Origin: Nanobdellota archaeon
Lineage (GTDB): Archaea > Aenigmatarchaeota > Aenigmatarchaeia > QMZP01
Direction: 5' to 3'
DNA: 43,320 bases
NCBI GenBank assembly: GCA_043814765.1
Contig: JBDRJQ010000027.1
Location: 1-43,320 of the forward strand
Below the pieces are notes generated by a model. The model worked only from the letters and a program-made list of their open reading frames with translations, searched no databases and was not told where the DNA came from. A program made the position numbers and the translations under genes. Below are positions 38,138-43,320 of the stretch, piece by piece; within the stretch, counting starts at the first letter, position 1, and each line of letters opens with the position of its first letter.

Positions 38138-38168
38138 GGGTGGTAAGAAGTTTTTACCACCCAGTTTT
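38138..38168 (+). terminator. Hairpin terminator closing the small-ORF operon
   Basis: GGGTGGTAAG...TTTACCACCC followed by AGTTTT. Confidence 0.65.
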
Positions 38169-38260
38169 ATATATGTCTATTTATAGGGATATATAACTAA
38201 CAACCTCACATTCGTGAGGGATATAATATAAGATTTAATAGTTTAATACAAATATCTGAC

Positions 38261-38665
38261 ATGGAAGAGGTTCGTGTTCTCGGAAGGTTCGTAACACTTG
38301 ACGACAGAGGAAATATCAAAGACATAAATGCTGGTAACGATGATACGGGTCTCGATATATTCTGCGAGAACATAGACGGAACTGAGATAGACGGATTGCG
38401 ATTCGATGCAAAAAAACAGGATGGTGTAAAAGTTGAGATAACAATATCCGGTGAAGATGTCAGTGATCAATTCCATCCAAACGATGTCACAAGGATAGGA
38501 ATGCCGGTTATGCAGATAAGATCAAAAAATCCAGACGGTAAAAAAACTGCGTTGGCTCTAAACAAGTTTTTGTTTCGTGTAAACAAGCTTTTAGAGAAAG
38601 AACCTTTCAATCATGAAAGGAAAATGAAAGCAAATACTATTTTGATAAAAGAAATCCTGAATTAA
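38261..38665 (+). CDS. Standalone fragment resembling the middle domain of archaeal phosphoglycerate mutase ApgM
   Basis: RFVTLDD.GNIKD..AG...ISGEDVSD...KKTALALNKF...LLEKEPFNHER...ANTILIK parallels the ApgM FAT..DRRAG...N..R...AN.IL.R segment. Confidence 0.65.
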   Translation: MEEVRVLGRFVTLDDRGNIKDINAGNDDTGLDIFCENIDGTEIDGLRFDAKKQDGVKVEITISGEDVSDQFHPNDVTRIGMPVMQIRSKNPDGKKTALALNKFLFRVNKLLEKEPFNHERKMKANTILIKEILN

Positions 38666-38738
38666 TTGTTAAGACTTTTATATAACCAATACAAAATAAT
38701 CTTATCAATTGTATTTCTAATTATGAGGAGATGTGAAT

Positions 38739-39446
38739 ATGCAAGGTGTACAAGGTCAACCGCCAAATTATATGGCTTATGATAGAACGATTGTAGTGTT
38801 TTCTCCGGACGGGAGATTACTTCAGGTAGAATACGCTAGACAGATGGTTAAGAACGGTAGCACATCTGTCGGCATAAAAATTAATGATGGAGTGCTATTA
38901 GGCACTGTTAGGATACAAACGCCTTTGGCAGTAGCTGAATCATATAAAAAAATATATGAAATAGATAACCATATTGCTCTTGTATCTTCTGGTTCCATTG
39001 CAGACGCAAGGGATCTTGTTTCAATAGGAAGAGTAAAATCGCAGGTAAACAAAGTTACTTATGGAGAACCGATATCGGTTAGCTCTCTTACAACATATCT
39101 TTGTGATAGAAAACATATGGTAACACAGTACGCAGGAATAAGACCGTATGGCGTCGGACTTCTGGTTGGAGGAGTTGAAGACTCGACTCCAAAACTGTAT
39201 GAAACAGAGCCCTCAGGAACAATGATAGAGTGGAAAGCTCAGGCAATAGGAAGAGGAGCTGATAAAGCCAAGAAAGTGCTAATAAGTGAATACAAAGACA
39301 ACTTGGATCTAAAGACCGGAGCAAAACTACTTCTAAAGGCAATAAAAACTGCAGAAAAGAGTGTTGACAATGAGAATATAGAAATGGTTGTTGTAAAAAA
39401 TACTGGAATTAAAAAGATAGATATTAATGATCTTAGCAAAAAATAA
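38739..39446 (+). CDS. psmA: Proteasome alpha subunit
   Basis: YDRTIVVFSPDGRLLQVEYA, RPYGVGLL, LYETEPSG. Confidence 0.96.
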   Translation: MQGVQGQPPNYMAYDRTIVVFSPDGRLLQVEYARQMVKNGSTSVGIKINDGVLLGTVRIQTPLAVAESYKKIYEIDNHIALVSSGSIADARDLVSIGRVKSQVNKVTYGEPISVSSLTTYLCDRKHMVTQYAGIRPYGVGLLVGGVEDSTPKLYETEPSGTMIEWKAQAIGRGADKAKKVLISEYKDNLDLKTGAKLLLKAIKTAEKSVDNENIEMVVVKNTGIKKIDINDLSKK

Positions 39447-39486
39447 AATCGGTTAACACAAGCAGTTCTGCACAGAGGATGATATA

Positions 39487-40185
39487 ATGGTTTCACTTGA
39501 GGACGCGGTCATAGCGCGCATAATAAAGAATAAAATACAGTTTGAAATTCTCGTTGATCCAGAAAAAGCAATGGATTTTAAGAAAGGAAAGAATATTTCT
39601 ATAGAGAACATACTTGCTATTTCTGAAATTTTCAAGGATGCTAAAAAGGGTGAGAGAGCATCAATAGAAGAGCTTAACAACACCTTTAACACAACGGATA
39701 TTTTCAAAATAGCGACTGCTATACTCAAGCACGGTCACATACAAGTAACCACAGAACACAGAAGAAAAGAAGTTGAAAAAAAGAAAAAAGAAATAGCAGA
39801 CATCATATCAAAGAATGCTGTGGATCCAAAGACAAAACTTCCTCATCCTGTAAACAGAATCATGAACGCAATGGAAGAGGCTCATGTTAACATAAACCCT
39901 GAAAAACCATCAAGGGATCAAATAGAGAATGTTGTAGAAAAAATAAGAACAATTCTTCCTATAAGCATAGAGAGAATAGAAATAGCAGTGAGAGTGCCTA
40001 TTCAGTATGCAGGAAAGGTGAGTTCTGCTATACGTTCCATAGCTCCTGTAAAGAGCGAGGAATGGAAATCTGATTCATGGACTGCTGTGATAGAAATTCC
40101 TGAAGGAATGCAATCCAGCATATATGACAAATTAAACGAAATGACATCAGGCAACGTAGAAGTGAAGATTTTGAAGGGGAAATAA
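39487..40185 (+). CDS. Ribosome maturation factor SBDS/Sdo1
   Basis: FEILVDP, IFKDAKKGERAS, DPKTKLPHPVNRI. Confidence 0.96.
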   Translation: MVSLEDAVIARIIKNKIQFEILVDPEKAMDFKKGKNISIENILAISEIFKDAKKGERASIEELNNTFNTTDIFKIATAILKHGHIQVTTEHRRKEVEKKKKEIADIISKNAVDPKTKLPHPVNRIMNAMEEAHVNINPEKPSRDQIENVVEKIRTILPISIERIEIAVRVPIQYAGKVSSAIRSIAPVKSEEWKSDSWTAVIEIPEGMQSSIYDKLNEMTSGNVEVKILKGK

Positions 40186-40239
40186 TAGCATACTTATAAA
40201 CACTTAAGAGAAATAAAAGAGATTAAGAGGAGAGATTAT

Positions 40240-41013
40240 ATGACAGAAAAAACAAAAGAAGCACAAAATACAGCACCCAAGGAGGTGCCTAAAGAGAAAA
40301 CAGATACATTAAACAATGGGGTGCCTAAAGAGAAAACAGATACATTAAAAAACGATAAAGAGATTGTTGTACCTGGAGAAGAATTAGTAAAATCAATGGA
40401 TTATGTACCTGGAAAAAACTGTTTCAGGGAAGGAGACTCAATACTATCAAAAAAATTGGGTATGGTCCATATAAACAACAGGGTAATATCAGTAATACCT
40501 CTTTCTGGTGCATACTTACCAAGAACAGGCGATATGGTAATTGGTAAGGTTGAAGACATCCAATCCAATGGATGGCTTATCGATGTTCGTGCACCCTACC
40601 AAGCATTTTTACCGCTGTCAGGCGTTAAAGAGTTCATAGACACTAACAAAACTTTGTTATCAAGTGTGTTTGGACCAGGTGATTACATATACACAAAAAT
40701 AAATTCAGCTAGCGGTGATAGCATACACCTTTCAATGCAGGATAACATGTGTAGAAAATTCAACAATGGACAGATTATTAAGATAGGTTCTGTTAAGGTA
40801 CCAAGACTTATCGGTAAGCAAGGTTCTATGATAAACTTGATAAAAAACAAAACTGGATGCAGAATAAATGCAGGACAGAACGGTTTTATCTGGATAGAAG
40901 GGGAGAATGAAGACATGGCCAAAAAGGCAATAAAAATGATTGACAAAGAGTCTCACATTAGCGGTCTAACAGATAAAATATCAGCATTGCTTGAAGGCAA
41001 AAAGGAGAAATGA
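40240..41013 (+). CDS. rrp4: Exosome RNA-binding subunit Rrp4
   Basis: IVVPGE, YLPRTGDMVIG (S1), KVPRLIGKQGSMI (KH). Confidence 0.95.
   Translation: MTEKTKEAQNTAPKEVPKEKTDTLNNGVPKEKTDTLKNDKEIVVPGEELVKSMDYVPGKNCFREGDSILSKKLGMVHINNRVISVIPLSGAYLPRTGDMVIGKVEDIQSNGWLIDVRAPYQAFLPLSGVKEFIDTNKTLLSSVFGPGDYIYTKINSASGDSIHLSMQDNMCRKFNNGQIIKIGSVKVPRLIGKQGSMINLIKNKTGCRINAGQNGFIWIEGENEDMAKKAIKMIDKESHISGLTDKISALLEGKKEK
40285..40349 (+). repeat. 36-bp-period tandem duplication in the Rrp4 N-terminal extension
   Basis: GTGCCTAAAGAGAAAACAGATACATTAAA at 40285 and 40321 (VPKEKTDTL x2). Confidence 0.9.
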
Positions 41014-41699
41014 TTATGACTAAAAGAGAAGACGGAAGAAAACCCGATGAAATAAGGCCTGTTGAAATTACAGCAGGCATATTAGAAAATGCAGATGGAT
41101 CTGCAATTGTTAAATTCGGAAAAACAGTTGCTATAGCAGCTGTATACGGACCAAGGCCTTTGCATCCAAAACACCTACAGGAATCTGATCGTACTGTTCT
41201 TAGAGTGCGATACAGCATGGTTCCATTCTCAACAACCGAGAGATGTAGACCTGGACCATCAAGAAGAAGCAGGGAGATATCAAAGGTAACACGCGAAGCA
41301 CTAGAACCGGCTATTTTCCTTGATGAACTACCAAAAACTGTTATAGATGTTTTTATTGACATAATTCAGGCAGATGCAGGTACAAGAACAGCTGGCATAA
41401 ACGCAGCAAGCGTAGCACTAGCCGACGCTGGAATATCAATGAGAGATCTTGTTGCATCTGTTGCCGCTGGTAAAATCGGCAAACAATTGACAATTGATTT
41501 GGCAGGCAAAGAGGAAGAAGAGACTTCTTGTGATATACCAGTAGCTTACATGCCAAGAACAAAGAAAATAACTCTTTTACAAATGGATGGTGATTTGCCA
41601 ATAAGTGACGTAAAAGATGTTATAAAACTTGCAGCCAAAGGTTGCGATGAAATATACAAAAAGCAGAAAGATGCTTTGAAGAAAAGGTGGAAAAAATGA
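41010..41699 (+). CDS. rrp41: Exosome subunit Rrp41
   Basis: REDGRKPDEIR, AAVYGPR, PSRRSREIS, QADAGTR. Confidence 0.96.
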   Translation: MIMTKREDGRKPDEIRPVEITAGILENADGSAIVKFGKTVAIAAVYGPRPLHPKHLQESDRTVLRVRYSMVPFSTTERCRPGPSRRSREISKVTREALEPAIFLDELPKTVIDVFIDIIQADAGTRTAGINAASVALADAGISMRDLVASVAAGKIGKQLTIDLAGKEEEETSCDIPVAYMPRTKKITLLQMDGDLPISDVKDVIKLAAKGCDEIYKKQKDALKKRWKK

Positions 41700-42457
41700 A
41701 CATACAAATAAAACATGTTAAAGAACTCGCTTTAAAGGATAAGAGAATTGATGGCAGAAAACTTAATGAATACAGGAAGATTCTCATAGAGAAGAATCCT
41801 ATACCAAAGGCAGAAGGTTCTGCCAGAGTTAAGATAGGTGATAGCGAGGTTATAGTTGGAATAAAGATAGATGTTGGTGAACCATTCTCAGACAAGCCAA
41901 ACGAAGGAGTTATTATGACAGGCGCAGAGCTATCACCAATAGCATCACCTGATTTTGAAACAGGTCCTCCTAGAGAGGATTCAATAGAGTTGGCAAGAGT
42001 GGTTGACAGGGGTATAAGAGAATCTAAAATGATAGATATGGAAAGCCTTTGCATAAGGAAGGGCGAAAAGGTCTGGATGGTTTTTATTGATATACACATA
42101 ATCAATCATGACGGAAATCTTATAGATGCAGCAGCATTGGCAGCTGTTACTGCTTTAAGTGACAGCAAAATACCAACATATGAAAAAGAAAAAGTTAATT
42201 TTGAAAAGAAAACAAAAAAATTAGCTATCAGGTCCAAGCCTATAACAATAACAGTGGCTAAGATTTCTGATAAAATTATAGTCGATCCTAATCTAGAAGA
42301 AGAAAATGCTATGAGTGCAAGAATAAGCGTAGCAATAAATGATAATGGAAACATATGCGCTATACAAAAGGGTGGAGATGCACTTACAGAAAAGGAAATA
42401 AGTGATATGTTCGATATAGCTTTAGAAAAGTCAAAAGAGCTAAGAAAACTAATATAA
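41696..42457 (+). CDS. rrp42: Exosome subunit Rrp42
   Basis: RIDGR, AEGSARV, IELARVVDRGIRES, HDGNLIDA. Confidence 0.96.
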   Translation: MNIQIKHVKELALKDKRIDGRKLNEYRKILIEKNPIPKAEGSARVKIGDSEVIVGIKIDVGEPFSDKPNEGVIMTGAELSPIASPDFETGPPREDSIELARVVDRGIRESKMIDMESLCIRKGEKVWMVFIDIHIINHDGNLIDAAALAAVTALSDSKIPTYEKEKVNFEKKTKKLAIRSKPITITVAKISDKIIVDPNLEEENAMSARISVAINDNGNICAIQKGGDALTEKEISDMFDIALEKSKELRKLI

Positions 42458-42486
42458 TAAACTTTTAAAAAAAGTTTAATCAAAAA
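42458..42486 (+). repeat. Degenerate copy 3 of the mini-element core
   Basis: TAAACTTTTAAAAAAAGTTTAATCAAAAA versus intron TAAACCTTTTTCAGAAAAGGTTTAATCCAAAA. Confidence 0.6.
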
Positions 42487-42498
42487 TAAGTGGTTCAC

Positions 42499-42714
42499 AT
42501 GACAAAAACAAAAAAAGTTGGTTCAGCAGGAAGATTTGGAATACGTTACGGAAGAAAGATAAGGCAGAGACTGATAAAAGTAGAAAAGGAATTAAAAGCA
42601 AAACATAAATGTCCAAGCTGCCTGAAACCCGGATTAAAAAGAGAAAAAGCAGGCATCTGGGTTTGTAAAAAATGTGGATTAAAGATCGCCGGCAAGGCTT
42701 ATAAGCCTAAATGA
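42499..42714 (+). CDS. rpl37ae: Ribosomal protein eL43 (L37ae)
   Basis: GRFGIRYG, CPSC, GIWVCKKC. Confidence 0.96.
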   Translation: MTKTKKVGSAGRFGIRYGRKIRQRLIKVEKELKAKHKCPSCLKPGLKREKAGIWVCKKCGLKIAGKAYKPK

Positions 42715-42750
42715 ATAATAGTTAAAAGATGCAGGCGTTGAGAGTAAATT

Positions 42751-42888
42751 ATGTACAAATGTCAAAACTGTGGCAGGGAAATTGATATAGACCTTTCTAG
42801 TGATAAAAAAATTCAGTGTCCCTTTTGCGGTTTTAGAATTATAAAGAAAATGAGACCGCCTGTTATTAAAAAAGTTTTAGCTGATTAA
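42751..42888 (+). CDS. rpoP: RNA polymerase subunit P (Rpo12) (not in the ORF track)
   Basis: MYKCQNCGREIDIDLSSDKKIQCPFCGFRIIKKMRPPVIKKVLAD*. Confidence 0.93.
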   Translation: MYKCQNCGREIDIDLSSDKKIQCPFCGFRIIKKMRPPVIKKVLAD

Positions 42889-42903
42889 ACAAGGAGAATT
42901 ATT

Positions 42904-43230
42904 ATGACAGAGCAGGAGCAAATATTGATTCAGGCGCAAGCATTTCAACAGCAATTGCAGTCTGTGTTATTTCAGAAAGAAACATTAAGCATGCAGATGA
43001 TTGAAATAAAGAGAGCCAACGAGGAATTAGAAAAAACAAAAGAATCTACTGTTTATAAGATTACAGGTCCATTACTAGTAAAGGTAGGCAAGAAGGAAAT
43101 AGAAAAAGAACTTAACGAAAAAGAGGACACAATCAGCCTAAGAATTAAGACTCTTGAGAAAAACGAGATGAAAATAAAGGACAAACTAAACAGTCTGAGA
43201 GAAGAATTATCAAAGAAAGTTGGTGGTTAA
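42904..43230 (+). CDS. pfdB: Prefoldin beta subunit
   Basis: Coiled coils around VYKITGPLLVK; conserved operon position. Confidence 0.93.
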   Translation: MTEQEQILIQAQAFQQQLQSVLFQKETLSMQMIEIKRANEELEKTKESTVYKITGPLLVKVGKKEIEKELNEKEDTISLRIKTLEKNEMKIKDKLNSLREELSKKVGG

Positions 43231-43320
43231 ATGTCTTGCAGTGAAGCAATAGTATTGTTAAAAGAAATAGCTAAAGACAGGGGTGTTCCGAGGAACATAA
43301 AGAATATGCTAGAGGAGTCC
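43231..43320 (+). CDS. UPF0147-like protein, 5' part (truncated by window edge)
   Basis: MSCSEAIVLLKEIAKDRGVPRNIKNMLEES; the D..VPRNI motif. Confidence 0.75.
   Translation, partial: MSCSEAIVLLKEIAKDRGVPRNIKNMLEES

Noticed and set aside
38100..38186. 28-aa ORF (MKEFPNSF...) and the short AAGGAGTTYCC repeat
   Set aside because: Reads through the terminator hairpin and has no clear SD; the repeat has only two short copies
314..42498. Many antisense or overlapping ORFs in the track (e.g. 7330-7713, 9720-10193, 23337-23837, 29518-29964, 41620-42105)
   Set aside because: Shadow frames of well-supported genes on the opposite strand or in another frame

Overview
A 43.3 kb AT-rich, gene-dense archaeal chromosome segment. 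It is very probably from a DPANN archaeon (fused PriS-PriL primase); Aenigmarchaeota-like affinity is only a guess. Most genes are informational: ProRS, ValRS, a bacterial-type LeuRS, a SerRS split by a one-base frameshift, RNase Z, Pth2, ribosomal proteins, aIF2alpha, aIF5B, SRP54, GINS, Hel308, and the psmA-SBDS-exosome-eL43-RpoP-prefoldin superoperon. There is also a type IV pilus locus and two tRNAs. Points of interest: (1) a tRNA-Leu(CAA) with two 61-nt introns, whose T-loop intron shares 41 of 46 nt with the 3' end of the primase CDS, with a degenerate third copy after rrp42, suggesting a dispersed mini-element that is always in the transcript-sense orientation; (2) a ~140-nt structured ncRNA candidate with its own TATA box and terminator, converging on a standalone MprF/DUF2156 aminoacyl-transferase operon; (3) a conserved TATA + 7-7-7 palindrome (TGTCACT-N7-AGTGACA) in front of three ORFan genes up to 28 kb apart; (4) a self-contained small-ORF operon with a long structured leader and hairpin terminator between serS and the exosome operon. 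All calls come from reading the sequence; no database searches were run.
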